A stretch of DNA of 64,000 bases from a virus (lineage: Duplodnaviria > Caudoviricetes). Positions 8,011 to 18,085 of the stretch are shown here, in pieces; the first letter of the stretch is position 1, and every line of letters begins with the position of its first letter. The translations under genes were made by a program, and so were the position numbers. The stretch spans positions 1 to 64,000 of the IMG/VR virus record IMGVR_UViG_2862281513_000001. One strand, given 5' to 3'. The notes below the pieces were generated by a model that saw only the letters and a list, made by a program, of their open reading frames with translations, searched no databases and was not told the origin of the DNA.

Positions 8011-9320
8011 CAGCGCCCCCGCCCCGACACGCTCAGCGTGACCTGCGAGTCCAGCGCTGGCGGCGACTCGATGTCGCTGGAGATGCAGACGCAGTACTGG
8101 GCGCAGTCGAGCGCCTGGTAGGTCGGCGGCTGCCCGTCGCGGCCGTAGACGTCCGGGCTGGACTCGCACACCCCGCCGCACTCGACGGTGGCCCTGCCCG
8201 TCTGGCCGTCCAAGGTCACCGCGCCCCCGGCTGGCACGAATGTGACGTGCCAGAAGTTCGCGGGAGAGCACCGGTTGATGTCGGCGACCTCATCGCAGGT
8301 GAGCGTCTGGTCGCCGTGCTCGTACAGCTCGATCGTGATGTTCCGCAGGTCGCTCGATCCGGCCCGCAGGGTGACGATCGGGACGTCCCGGCTCCAGTTC
8401 GGGCGGCCCGTCAGGTCCAGCTCGTAGCAGGCCCGTTCGGAGGCCAGCGGCAGGCAGAAGCAGGTGGTCAGCGGCGCTCCGGGCAGCGGTGGCGCGGACG
8501 GCTTGCAGCGCGGGTCGGCGCACGCGGCCGTCGGGTCCGGGCAGGCTGCGAACCGGCAGCCTCCGCACTCGTCTGGTGGGAGGAGGCACCACTCGACGCA
8601 GGAGCCGTCGAGGTCCATCGGCGGCGTGACCTCCAGAACCGGCAGCGGGTCGGTCCACAGCCACGGCACCGCGGCGGTCATCACCCACTCCACGGTCAGG
8701 ATGTCCGCGCCGTTCTGGCACGAGCCCGTCTCGCAGCCCTTGCCCGCGCGGGCGGTGACCTTCGGCCCCTCGACGAGCGCCACCCGGCGCAGGGTGCGCC
8801 GGTGCCTTGAGTTGAAGGTGGCCGCGTCCAGCTCCTCGCCGGGGCAGCAGTTGTAGACCGTCAGGCAGTCGCCGTCGCAGCCGCTGTCGCCGCAGCCCTG
8901 GAGGACCTCGCCGAGCCAGTGCAGCCCGTAGTCGACGCCGCAGCAGGACGAGCCGAGCACGAGCGCGGTCACCGTGATCGTGCGGGGCAGAGCACGGGCC
9001 GGGCCGATGGCGCCGCCGCCGGCGATGCCGCCGGTCACGGTGCGCTGGACCGGATAGTCGTCGAGGCCGTCGACCTGGAGCACCATGACGCCGGCGAACT
9101 CGGCCGACTCGGGCACGTCCGCGTCGTACCAGGGTGCGGGACTGTCCGCGTCGTCGGGCGTGGTGTACGGCAGCTCCTCCAGCGTGGCCGCCGTGAACGT
9201 CGGGCAGCCGCATCCGCTGTAGCCGTCCAGCGGCGAGCCGACGGTGTCCAGGTAGACGTTCAAGCGGGCGTGGTTCACCACCTCGACGCCGCCGTAGGTC
9301 AGGTACCAGTCAGCCGCCAT
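8010..9320 (-). CDS. Cys-rich minor tail protein (distal tail-like)
   Basis: First gene after the tape measure; RTITVTA motif; very Cys-rich. Confidence 0.75.
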   Translation of the reverse strand: MAADWYLTYGGVEVVNHARLNVYLDTVGSPLDGYSGCGCPTFTAATLEELPYTTPDDADSPAPWYDADVPESAEFAGVMVLQVDGLDDYPVQRTVTGGIAGGGAIGPARALPRTITVTALVLGSSCCGVDYGLHWLGEVLQGCGDSGCDGDCLTVYNCCPGEELDAATFNSRHRRTLRRVALVEGPKVTARAGKGCETGSCQNGADILTVEWVMTAAVPWLWTDPLPVLEVTPPMDLDGSCVEWCLLPPDECGGCRFAACPDPTAACADPRCKPSAPPLPGAPLTTCFCLPLASERACYELDLTGRPNWSRDVPIVTLRAGSSDLRNITIELYEHGDQTLTCDEVADINRCSPANFWHVTFVPAGGAVTLDGQTGRATVECGGVCESSPDVYGRDGQPPTYQALDCAQYCVCISSDIESPPALDSQVTLSVSGRGR

Positions 9321-12300
9321 CAGCCCGTCACTCCTGCCTCAAGCACGAACCGGTTCATCACTCGCGTCGCGGTGGTGCGTGCGTTGCCGACTTCCCGGAT
9401 CTCCCAGTGGTGGTTGTGGATCACGTCGCCGCCGCTCTTACCACGTCCGAGCGCGGCGACGTCCCTCGGATCAAGCCCGGACTGGCGCAGCCGCTGGCTT
9501 CTGGTGAGCGGCACCACGTTGCCGCCGCCCAGGCTGGGGGCGGCGTCGCCCAGGCCGGACAGCCCCGAAGACACCCCGCGCACGAGGTTCTGCGCCGCCT
9601 GCCGGGATGCCGCGAGCAGTGCGGCCATCCGGTTGAGGAAGCCAATGTGGAGACCGGCGCCGGTCATGTCGCCGAGGCGCATCATCACGCGCGACGGCGA
9701 CTTGATCCGCAGCGCGGTCCGGATCGCCGCCTGCATGCCCTTGGCGATCTGGAGCATCAGCTGCTCGATGTTCTTGCGCTGCGCCTTCAGGCCTGCCAGG
9801 AAGCCCGCGCCGGCCTGCTTGCCCGCATCGAACAGCAGGTCGGCGCTGGTGTTGCCGAGGACGCCGCTCGCCTTCGTCAGCTGCGCCTGGAGGCTGCTGA
9901 GCCTCTTCAGCTGGTCCGACGTCGTCGCCTTGAGGGCGTCGGCGAGCTGGGCGCCCTGCACTGGGCCGAGGCTGATGATCTGGGCCAGCAGATCCTTCGA
10001 CAGGCCCCGCTTGGCCAGGTTGTTGATCTCGGCGGTGAAGTGCTTCACCTGGTCGATGCCCGCCTGCAACCCAGCCTGGAGGCCCTTGACCGTCACCTTG
10101 TCCAGGCCCTGGGCGATGTTCTGCAGCGAGAACGCGTCGACGGCCGACTTCGCGGTGTCGGCCGCGAACTTCTGCGCGTCGGCCAGCTTCTGCACGAGGG
10201 CGTCGCGCTGCGCCGCCAGGGAGGTCAGCCGCTTGTTCCCGGACTGGAGCAGCGACACGAGGCGGTCGTCGACCCGGGTCTTCTTGCCCTTGAAGGCGTC
10301 GGTGATGGCCTTGACCAGGGACTCGGTCGTCGACTTGATCTGCGCGGCCGTGCCGGTCAGGCCCTTCACGAAGCCCGCACCGACGAGCTTTCCGATCTTG
10401 GCGAAGACCTTCGACGGCGAGGCGATCTGGAGGATGTCCTCGGCCGCGGTGATGGCCGTGCCTGCCATGTCCTGAGCGGCGACCGCGACCAGCCGCGCGT
10501 TCGAGCGGATGCCGTCGACCATGCCCTGCACGACCCGCGCGCCCACGTTCGACAGCAGGTCGGCGATGCCGGAGAGGGCCTTGCCGAGGCTGGCGATCGC
10601 ACTGTTGGCGGCTGCGCCGCTGTTCGCGGCGGTGCTGGAGGCGGCCAGGGTGTTGGCCTGGACGACGCCGAGCATGGACAGCAGCCCGGAGCGGGCGGCG
10701 AGCGCGGCGGCGCGCTTGGGCTTGGTCAGCGGGATGACGACCTCGGGCCCGGCCTCGCCGATCAGCGCGTGCGTCGGCCCGTAGACGATGCCGCCCTGGG
10801 CGAACGGCAGGTACTTTCTGACGCTGCTCGGCAGCCCGCTCTTGATCTTGGCCATGATCTGGGAGCCGACGTTGCCGATCGCGCCCACGATCTTGGAGCC
10901 GAGGCCGGAGAACAGGCTGACGACCCCGGAGATCAGGCTCGACACGGCACCCTTGGCCGCGCTGGTCGCCGAGTGGAACGCTCCCGCGATCTTGGAGCCG
11001 ACGCTCGACAGGGTGCTCCCGATCCGGCCCGGCAGCCCGGAGAAGTACGAGACCACCGACGAGCCGGCCGAGCGGGCGGCGCTGAGCGCCGAGGAGCCCG
11101 CCGAACGGAACAGGCCAGCGATCCGGCCTGGCAGGGAGGCCAGCAGCGAGTAGATCCGGCCTGGCAGGGCGGCAAAGAACGAGGCCGCCTGCGACACGAA
11201 CGACGAGATCGCCGCCGTGGTCGCGTTGAACCCCGACACGAAGGCGTTGAGCAGGAGCGAGCCGAGCGAGGAGAGTCCGTCGACGATCCGGCCCGGCAGC
11301 TCGGTGAAGGTGAAGACGACGCCCGCGAGCAGGGTCAGCAGGGCGATCGCCAGTCCGGCGACCGCGGAGGTGAACAGGTCGAGGAGGAGGCCCGGCAGCG
11401 CCTGTAGTCCGGCGAGGATCATGCCCGGGAGCTGGGTGAAAAAGCCGACCACGGTCTGGAAGCCGGACACCACGAACTGGCCGATTGTCGTGAACAGATC
11501 GGAGAAGAACGTGGCCAGGGTCGAGCCGAGTGACGACAGCCCGGAGACGATCAGTCCCGGCAGTGAGGCGATGAACGAGACGACCGACGAGACCCCGTCG
11601 ATCAGCCCGGTCAGGACGCCGATCACGCTCTGAATGACCGGGACGACGCCGTTGATGATCAGCCACGTCTCGAAGGAGGCGGCGATCTGCGCGATCGGGC
11701 CGATGATCCGCAGCAGCAGGACGGCCAGCGGCGCCACGGCGGCGACCAGCCCGGCCAGGGAGGGCAGCAGCGGGATGAGTGCCTGGACCATGGCCGAGAA
11801 GGCGTCGACCAGGGACGGCAGGGTCGGCAGCAGGGCGTCGACCAGCTGCGTGATCACGGGGGCGACGGCAGCCGCGACCTGGACGAGGGCGCCCGCGAGG
11901 GAGGACAGGACGGGTGCCAGTCCGGCCAGCAGTTGCCCCAGGGCCTGGCCTAGTCCGGTCGCGAGCGGCGTCAGCGCCTGAACCAGCAAAACGAACGCTT
12001 GTGCGATTTGCGGGAGGACGGGCATCAGCGCGCCGACCAGCTCCTCAATGATCGGCGCGAAGAGTCCGGCCAGGGCTGAAAGCGTCGGCGCCAGGGCCTG
12101 CGCCAGTACGGAGACGAGCTGGCCGGCCAGCGGCAGGATCGGCACCAGCGCGGACAGAACCTGCCCCAGGGCTGCACCGACTGGCCCCAGGGACGGGCCG
12201 ATGGCGGCAAAGGCGGAGGCGACCCCGGTCGCGACCTCCTGCAGAACGGGCGCGATCTGCGCCAGCGCAGGGCCCAGGGCGGTGATCAGTCCGGTGATCG

Positions 12301-13771
12301 CCGGTCCCAGGGCGACAAAGACGGGGCCGAGGGCGGGCGCGATGGCGCCGATCTGTGTGACCAGCGCGGACAGGATCGGCCCGAGCTGCGCCGCGATCTG
12401 GGCGACCGTCCGGAAGATGTTGCCGATCGCCTCCTGCCCGGCCGCCGACTGAGCAAATGAGGCGAACGCGCCGGTGATCTGCTGGATGTTGTTGAGCAGC
12501 CCGCCGCCGCTGACATTGGCGGCCTTCCAGACGTTGGCGAGGATGCTGCCGACGTTCTGTGCGATCTGCCCGAGCTGCTGGAACACGGTGAGTGCGCCCT
12601 GGACCAGCGACACCGCCCGACCGCTGTCGGCGAGCTTCTGCAGGAACTCGCCGATCCGCACGCCGACGTTGCCGATCGCCGTGCCGAGCTGCGCGCCGAA
12701 CGCCTGACTGACAGTGCTCGCGACCGCCAGCAGTCCCGACGCCAGCGGCTGCACGGCCCGCGCGAGGCCGTCGACCGCGCTCGCCGTCCCGGAGACGACG
12801 CCCTGGACGCCGGTGAACGCCGTCTTCGATGCCGCGAACTTCAGCCCCTGCTGAGCGGCCCGCCCGAACGCGGCCGCGATCTGATCCAGGCCGGACTGCA
12901 GCGGCAGCAGGTTCTTGATCGCCCCGGTGACGTCGCCGGAGAACTGCTTGAAGAACTGCTGCTGTACGGACTGCTGGACCTTCTTCAGCTCCGGCGCCAG
13001 GTCATGTACAGCGGTGACGGCCTCCCGCGCGGCTGGCGCCAGGCCCTTGATCGCCTTCTCGAAGTCGCCGGCCTTCGAGGAGAAGGCGGCCGTCAGCGCG
13101 TCACCGACACCGAGGACGGCCAGCTTGAGGGTGCCGAGGGCGACCTGCGCGCCGGCGATCGCCGCAGGGAAGGCGGCGACGATGCCCGCGGCCGGGGCGA
13201 GCGCTGCGAGGAGTTTCGCGACGCCCGCGGCGGCGCCCGCCGCGGCGATCCCGTACGCGCCGAACTTCAGGCCCGTCGCGAGCACCTTGCCGACCCGGCC
13301 CGCAACACCGGCGAGCCCGGCCAGGGACCGCGTCAGCCGGTTGTTGTCGACGTTGACGTTGGCGTTGACTGTGACGTCGGGGGTGTTGTGCGCCCGGATA
13401 CGGCGGTCGAGTTCGTCCAGGTCGGGCACGACCCGGATCGGGATCTCAACGTCCGCGAGGAGGGCACGCAGCCGCTCCACGAAGCCCGTCACGTCCGGCG
13501 CGACGGGGATGTCGATCGAGTCCAGCGACCGCAGGCCGTTCAGGAGCTGCGCGTCGAAGCGGCGCAGGTCCGGCTCGACGCGGACGGTGACGGCCTGGGC
13601 GTTCAGGCCCCGCTGGATCTGCCGGCGGATCTGCTCGCCGATCCGGCGGGTCGCCCGCAGTAGTGCCCGCTGGATCTGGGTGCCGGCGACCCGGGCTTCA
13701 CCGTCCGCGCTGCGACTGTCGATGTCGATAGTGATCCGGGCGGATCCGAAGTCGACGTCATCGCCTGCCAT
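9320..13771 (-). CDS. Tape measure protein
   Basis: 1483 aa, Ala/Leu helical repeats, FAQGG..GEAGPE and IASPSK motifs; follows the chaperones. Confidence 0.95.
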   Translation of the reverse strand: MAGDDVDFGSARITIDIDSRSADGEARVAGTQIQRALLRATRRIGEQIRRQIQRGLNAQAVTVRVEPDLRRFDAQLLNGLRSLDSIDIPVAPDVTGFVERLRALLADVEIPIRVVPDLDELDRRIRAHNTPDVTVNANVNVDNNRLTRSLAGLAGVAGRVGKVLATGLKFGAYGIAAAGAAAGVAKLLAALAPAAGIVAAFPAAIAGAQVALGTLKLAVLGVGDALTAAFSSKAGDFEKAIKGLAPAAREAVTAVHDLAPELKKVQQSVQQQFFKQFSGDVTGAIKNLLPLQSGLDQIAAAFGRAAQQGLKFAASKTAFTGVQGVVSGTASAVDGLARAVQPLASGLLAVASTVSQAFGAQLGTAIGNVGVRIGEFLQKLADSGRAVSLVQGALTVFQQLGQIAQNVGSILANVWKAANVSGGGLLNNIQQITGAFASFAQSAAGQEAIGNIFRTVAQIAAQLGPILSALVTQIGAIAPALGPVFVALGPAITGLITALGPALAQIAPVLQEVATGVASAFAAIGPSLGPVGAALGQVLSALVPILPLAGQLVSVLAQALAPTLSALAGLFAPIIEELVGALMPVLPQIAQAFVLLVQALTPLATGLGQALGQLLAGLAPVLSSLAGALVQVAAAVAPVITQLVDALLPTLPSLVDAFSAMVQALIPLLPSLAGLVAAVAPLAVLLLRIIGPIAQIAASFETWLIINGVVPVIQSVIGVLTGLIDGVSSVVSFIASLPGLIVSGLSSLGSTLATFFSDLFTTIGQFVVSGFQTVVGFFTQLPGMILAGLQALPGLLLDLFTSAVAGLAIALLTLLAGVVFTFTELPGRIVDGLSSLGSLLLNAFVSGFNATTAAISSFVSQAASFFAALPGRIYSLLASLPGRIAGLFRSAGSSALSAARSAGSSVVSYFSGLPGRIGSTLSSVGSKIAGAFHSATSAAKGAVSSLISGVVSLFSGLGSKIVGAIGNVGSQIMAKIKSGLPSSVRKYLPFAQGGIVYGPTHALIGEAGPEVVIPLTKPKRAAALAARSGLLSMLGVVQANTLAASSTAANSGAAANSAIASLGKALSGIADLLSNVGARVVQGMVDGIRSNARLVAVAAQDMAGTAITAAEDILQIASPSKVFAKIGKLVGAGFVKGLTGTAAQIKSTTESLVKAITDAFKGKKTRVDDRLVSLLQSGNKRLTSLAAQRDALVQKLADAQKFAADTAKSAVDAFSLQNIAQGLDKVTVKGLQAGLQAGIDQVKHFTAEINNLAKRGLSKDLLAQIISLGPVQGAQLADALKATTSDQLKRLSSLQAQLTKASGVLGNTSADLLFDAGKQAGAGFLAGLKAQRKNIEQLMLQIAKGMQAAIRTALRIKSPSRVMMRLGDMTGAGLHIGFLNRMAALLAASRQAAQNLVRGVSSGLSGLGDAAPSLGGGNVVPLTRSQRLRQSGLDPRDVAALGRGKSGGDVIHNHHWEIREVGNARTTATRVMNRFVLEAGVTG

Positions 13772-13801
13772 CGGGCAACCTCACGGATGAGTGCGGTTGC
13801 C

Positions 13802-13831
13802 CGGCCTAGCACCAGCGGCGATCTCAGGATA
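13802..13831 (-). promoter_or_regulatory. Late leader motif copy 4 with -10 TATCCT
   Basis: GCCGCTGGTGCTAGGCCG at 13819-13802, then a CGGGCAACC/GGTTGCCCG stem ending at the tape measure ATG. Confidence 0.8.
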
Positions 13832-13837
13832 TGCGGT

Positions 13838-14195
13838 TCAGCCCGCCCCGAGCTGGGCGTCCTGGGCTGCGAGCTGGGCCATCAGCGCGTGTGCGTCCTG
13901 CATCGTCATCACGCCGCGCTGCGGCTGCTGCGGCTGCTGCTGCTGCGCCCTCGGCAATGCCGCGGCGCGGCGCGGGCGGCGCAGCTCCTTCGGCATCGCG
14001 TACAGCTTCGCCTGGACTCGGCGGCGCTCGTTGTCGTCCTCGCAGCTGTTGTACATGGCCTGCTCGGCGGCGTTGACTAGCGTGCGGAGCGTCCAGCGGT
14101 GCGGGTCGATCCCTTGGAGGGCGAGCTGCCCTTCCCAGGCGTCCCAGCCCTCCGCGACGCTCGCGAGGATCCGCTGGACGGTGTAGTAGGGCGGT
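13838..14195 (-). CDS. Tail assembly chaperone C-terminal extension (frameshift product, gpT-like)
   Basis: Overlapping -1 frame ORF with no good start of its own, between the chaperone and the tape measure. Confidence 0.65.
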
Positions 14196-14634
14196 CGTTG
14201 CCGCCTCCGTACAGCTCCGTCGTCCACTCCAGCAGCTCGACCAGGACGCGGTCGGGCAGGCGCAGGCTCTTGTCCTCCACGCGGGCCGTTCCGCCGAGTT
14301 CGGCCGCCTTCGCATCGGCGTCCTCGCGGCTGCGGAAGTGATCCACGGTCTTGCCGCCCTTGATGACCTCGAACCGCAGGAACCGCTCGGCGGACTCGGG
14401 TGTCATCAGCCGGCCAAGGAAGCTCCGCATGCTGCTGTAGACGTCGCGCAGCGCCGTCGGGTCCATCTTGGTGAGGTCCTGCTCGCCGCCGATCAGCGCC
14501 TGCGCTTCCTGAATCCGGGAGTACCCGTCGAGGAACTCGTCGCCGAAGACCTCGGGAACGAAGTGCAGTTCTCCCAGGGCGCCCAGGTTGGCGACGTGGG
14601 GTTCGGTACGGACAGCGAAGTCTTTGGTTGCCAC
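14077..14634 (-). CDS. Tail assembly chaperone (gpG-like)
   Basis: Position before the tape measure; ends LYGGGNDRPT plus an S/R-rich tail typical of frameshifting chaperones. Confidence 0.75.
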   Translation of the reverse strand: MATKDFAVRTEPHVANLGALGELHFVPEVFGDEFLDGYSRIQEAQALIGGEQDLTKMDPTALRDVYSSMRSFLGRLMTPESAERFLRFEVIKGGKTVDHFRSREDADAKAAELGGTARVEDKSLRLPDRVLVELLEWTTELYGGGNDRPTTPSSGSSRASRRAGTPGKGSSPSKGSTRTAGRSAR

Positions 14635-14663
14635 GGGCGTGCCCTTGTCTCCCGCGCTACGCC

Positions 14664-14697
14664 CGGCCTAACACCAGCAGCGTGCCGGGCGATAGTA
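14664..14697 (-). promoter_or_regulatory. Late leader motif copy 5 with -10 TACTAT
   Basis: GCTGCTGGTGTTAGGCCG at 14681-14664, then a CGGGCGT/ACGCCCG stem reaching the GTG start. Confidence 0.8.
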
Positions 14698-14813
14698 GCG
14701 GTTACGCGCTGGGGATGCGTGGCGCGTCGGCAAGGAGCAGACTGGAATACAGACAATGCTACGGACAGGCCAGGCGGCGAACCCTTGGACGCGCACACAA
14801 GGGAGGCACGGCC

Positions 14814-15329
14814 ATGAAGCAAATGTCACCGAGTACCCAGACGGCTTCCATTCCGCCCAGCCAAACGAGCGACGAGGCACGGAAGAAACTCGCCTATGAC
14901 GCCGCGGTACAACGTCTCATCGACCAGAAAGCGACCTTGAACTTCTTTCGAGAGCGCTCTGCTGGTCTTTTTGCTGTCGCCAGTCTGATAGCGTCGATTT
15001 CCTCCACAGCTGGCCTCACCGGCGAGAAGAACCCACTGCCCCTGCCAGTCAGCATCGCGCTCATGGCGCTCATGGCCCTCATCGGCCTCTGCGCAACGTT
15101 TGTCCTGTGGCCGCTGAAACATTGGGGCTACAGCCCCAGGGCGGACGCCATCCTCGCGGCCAACAAACCTCTCGCCGATATCTACGAAGAAGCAACAAAT
15201 GGAATGTCGGCGGCCATCACCGAAAACGACAGAAAGCTGAACTTCCGCGTACGGATGTACCGGCTAGCAGGATTGCTGACCCTCTGCGAAACACTGACAG
15301 TAGTTGCTGGCGCAGCCGCTTCAACGTGA
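14814..15329 (+). CDS. Moron membrane protein (about 3 TM)
   Basis: GGGAGG RBS, lower GC, opposite strand within the tail operon. Confidence 0.75.
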   Translation: MKQMSPSTQTASIPPSQTSDEARKKLAYDAAVQRLIDQKATLNFFRERSAGLFAVASLIASISSTAGLTGEKNPLPLPVSIALMALMALIGLCATFVLWPLKHWGYSPRADAILAANKPLADIYEEATNGMSAAITENDRKLNFRVRMYRLAGLLTLCETLTVVAGAAAST

Positions 15330-15340
15330 AGGAGGACGCC

Positions 15341-15595
15341 GTGCCAAAGCGCCGAAAAGCTGGAAGAAATCCCCGAGGTCCTGGAGACGACGACAAGAAG
15401 AATAAGTGGGTTTACAACGGCGTGGGAGTCTCCCCAGGTGCACCCGCACCCGCTGAAACGGAGGACGACTACCGGGACTGGGTGGAGGAAGGCCCGCAGA
15501 CAGTCTCCTTGCCGGAATCAGAGCACGACACCCACGCACAGCGCGACACCGCTGATCGACCGGGCGATGCGTCTTCCTCAGGAAGCAACTCGTGA
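15341..15595 (+). CDS. Small moron protein (basic N-terminus, acidic C-terminus)
   Basis: AAGGAGG RBS before GTG 15341, coupled to the upstream gene. Confidence 0.6.
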   Translation: MPKRRKAGRNPRGPGDDDKKNKWVYNGVGVSPGAPAPAETEDDYRDWVEEGPQTVSLPESEHDTHAQRDTADRPGDASSSGSNS

Positions 15596-15623
15596 GGCGC
15601 GACAACATCTAGCGCGGCCGCAC

Positions 15624-16001
15624 CTATCGACCAAGCCGCAACGCCCTGCCCATGAAGTTGTTCGGCCTGGTCCCGGGATGCCGTACGACCTTCGCGAACA
15701 CGATCTGACCGTCGACCTCGAACCGTAGGGCTCGCGCGCGCCTTGCCCGGATCAGGTGGGGGCGGGTGCCCTCGAGGACGTACAGCGTGGCGGGGTGGTC
15801 GCAGGTGATGACGCCCTGCAAGCCGTCCCGGCCCTCCTCGATGTGCCAGTCGATGTACTGCGGCATGCTGCCCGGCGCGAGACCGCGGGCGATGTCCGCG
15901 ACCCGGCTCGTGCGCCGGGCGAGGTTCCGCTCGACGATCCCGCCGCGCAGCCGGAGGAACCGCGACAGCCGGCCCTGATCCAGGCGTACTTCCACGCTCA
16001 C
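15624..16001 (-). CDS. Head-tail joining/neck protein (HK97 gp10-like)
   Basis: YVLEGTRPH and VRHPGTRPNNFM motifs; GTGA overlap. Confidence 0.75.
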   Translation of the reverse strand: MSVEVRLDQGRLSRFLRLRGGIVERNLARRTSRVADIARGLAPGSMPQYIDWHIEEGRDGLQGVITCDHPATLYVLEGTRPHLIRARRARALRFEVDGQIVFAKVVRHPGTRPNNFMGRALRLGR

Positions 16002-16582
16002 GGCGACTCTCCCTCCGGACACGCGCACGACGGCAGCGCCACGGTGACCCGCTGCTCAAAGCCCACACACTGCCCCTGCGGGCCCACGGTGCGCATCTGG
16101 CCGATGGTGTAGGTCTGCCCACGCCGGGCCGTGCTCGTTCCCGGGAAGCAGCACTCAAGGGCGTTCCACACCGCAGCCGCGTCCACGGCCAGGACCCGGG
16201 CGGCTTCCTCATGTTCCTCGCACGTCGGAGGACAGCCGCCCTCGCTGTAGGTCGGCGCGCACCGCAGGAGCGTGATGACGTACTCGGCGGCCGGACGGAC
16301 CGGCGCGCAGTTGCGGCTGCCGAGGACGTCACGGGTCTCCGTCGGGAAGTGCGAGGTGGCCACCATGCCCGCGAAGTGCACGGTCAGCTGACCTGGAGTC
16401 ACCGTCTTCCCGCACTCTCCCGAGCCGCAGTCGTCCCACGCCGGCGTACCCGCCACCACACACGACCGGCACGGGCAGCCCGGCTGATCCTCCACCTTGG
16501 CGGCCATCAGCGTCAGCTCCGCGCACACGCAGGCGAGGAGCTTCTCGGCGGTCTCGTGGATCACGAGCGGGCTCAGGGGCAC
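15998..16582 (-). CDS. Tail terminator-like protein
   Basis: Synteny; AWDDC..GQL, LLRCAP and GPQGQCVG motifs. Confidence 0.65.
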   Translation of the reverse strand: MPLSPLVIHETAEKLLACVCAELTLMAAKVEDQPGCPCRSCVVAGTPAWDDCGSGECGKTVTPGQLTVHFAGMVATSHFPTETRDVLGSRNCAPVRPAAEYVITLLRCAPTYSEGGCPPTCEEHEEAARVLAVDAAAVWNALECCFPGTSTARRGQTYTIGQMRTVGPQGQCVGFEQRVTVALPSCACPEGESP

Positions 16583-17379
16583 TGCTGCACCCTCGGATAC
16601 CGGAAGTCGGGGCTGTAGACCCGGCTGGGGCTGGCCTGCCGGTATGGGTTGACGACCGTCAGCCACATATCGACCAGCGGCAGCCCGGTCCGGCCCTCGC
16701 TGTAGATGACCGTCGGGTCCGCGAGCTCCATCTCCACGCCCTGGCGCACCAGCCGCGTGAGGTTCCGGTTGGCCTTGCAGCCGCACGAGCCGCTGCCGCC
16801 GCACCCCTTGAGGAGGTGGCAGGTCAGCTCGGACACCGCGGCGACGGCGGCCTCGTCGACCGGCAGGCCGATCCGGTACGTCACGGTGAACGTGTCCGGC
16901 TCGCCGGGCGCGGCCGCCATGTCCTGGCAGTCCGGCCAGCAGCCGCCGCCGACCCGCACCAGCCGGCCAGGGGCGTCGACGCGGTACTGCTCGGGCGCGA
17001 GGACCTGGCCGCCGATGTTGACCTCGGTGACGTCGTAGACCGGGCCCGGCAGGTACACCTCGCACAGCTCGCCGCACGAGCAGTCCGAACGGCAGCCGCA
17101 CACGCTCGCGTTGCGCCACTGGCCGTCTGAGCCGATGTACGGGATCCACGGGCCCGTGCCCGCCCCGGCCTGGAAGGAGATGAAGCTGGACGACTCCAGG
17201 CAGGCCCTGCGGCACGGTCGTACCGTGACCGGGCATGGGCCGATCCGGCGCCCGGACAGCGCCCACAGGATCTGCGAGGCGACGAGCGTCCAGCGCTCGA
17301 GGACGTCCGCCTCGACGCCGTCGACGTCACAGCACAGGTTCGTTGGCCAGGCGTCGCATGGACCTGTCTCGATCGGCAT
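16573..17379 (-). CDS. Head-to-tail adaptor
   Basis: LWALSGRR, VRQGV and GRTGLPLVDMWL..NPY motifs typical of actinophage adaptors. Confidence 0.75.
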   Translation of the reverse strand: MPIETGPCDAWPTNLCCDVDGVEADVLERWTLVASQILWALSGRRIGPCPVTVRPCRRACLESSSFISFQAGAGTGPWIPYIGSDGQWRNASVCGCRSDCSCGELCEVYLPGPVYDVTEVNIGGQVLAPEQYRVDAPGRLVRVGGGCWPDCQDMAAAPGEPDTFTVTYRIGLPVDEAAVAAVSELTCHLLKGCGGSGSCGCKANRNLTRLVRQGVEMELADPTVIYSEGRTGLPLVDMWLTVVNPYRQASPSRVYSPDFRYPRVQQCP

Positions 17380-18083
17380 CAGCGCCCCCGGTACTCGTAG
17401 TCGGACGGCGAGGGGAAACGGGAGCGGATGACGCGGCCGACCTCGCCGTGGGCGAAGCTGTCCGGCATCGTCGACAGGAACGGCGTGGCCCGGCTGAAGC
17501 GGGGCCCGCGGTGCATGACCTTCACGTCCTCGATCTCCGTGCCGCCGATCTCGTTCAGCACGCCATACGCTGTCCGCTTGTGCAGCACCGCGATGTCGCG
17601 GCCCGCGTCCAAGGCGCGGAGCATCCCCGCCTTGGATACCGGCAGAGGCACGTGCAGCTCGTAGCACCACGGGTTCATGTACCCGTGGTCGACCAGGAGG
17701 TCAGCGGTCTCCCGCATACCGGCCAGGTAGGGGCCAGAGGCTCGGGCCGCGTAGTACTTCTCGACCTCGCGGACGGGCCCGCGGTGCAGCACGGGCATCG
17801 TGTCCAGCGGCTCCATGACGAACATGTCGTCGTTGGCGTACAGGAACGTGTCCGTGATCTCCGGGTGCTCGCAGGCCGCCCGCATCGCCGCCGTGGTGTT
17901 GGCGTACTTCGTGCCCGTCTGCCGCGTCGGAATGTGGCCGACCCCGCCCAGCCAGACCGGCTTGTACCCGACGATCCACACGCGCCGGTGCGGGAGGCAC
18001 GCCTGCCAGCTTCTCAGCGCGTAGCGGAGCTGCTGGTTGGCGGGCTGCTCCCGCACCGGCACGACCAGGTCGAGGTCGGCCAC
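17379..18083 (-). CDS. Stealth-like sugar-phosphate transferase
   Basis: LRYALRS and TFLYANDDMF resemble Stealth conserved region 2. Confidence 0.7.
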   Translation of the reverse strand: MADLDLVVPVREQPANQQLRYALRSWQACLPHRRVWIVGYKPVWLGGVGHIPTRQTGTKYANTTAAMRAACEHPEITDTFLYANDDMFVMEPLDTMPVLHRGPVREVEKYYAARASGPYLAGMRETADLLVDHGYMNPWCYELHVPLPVSKAGMLRALDAGRDIAVLHKRTAYGVLNEIGGTEIEDVKVMHRGPRFSRATPFLSTMPDSFAHGEVGRVIRSRFPSPSDYEYRGR

Positions 18084-18085
18084 GG

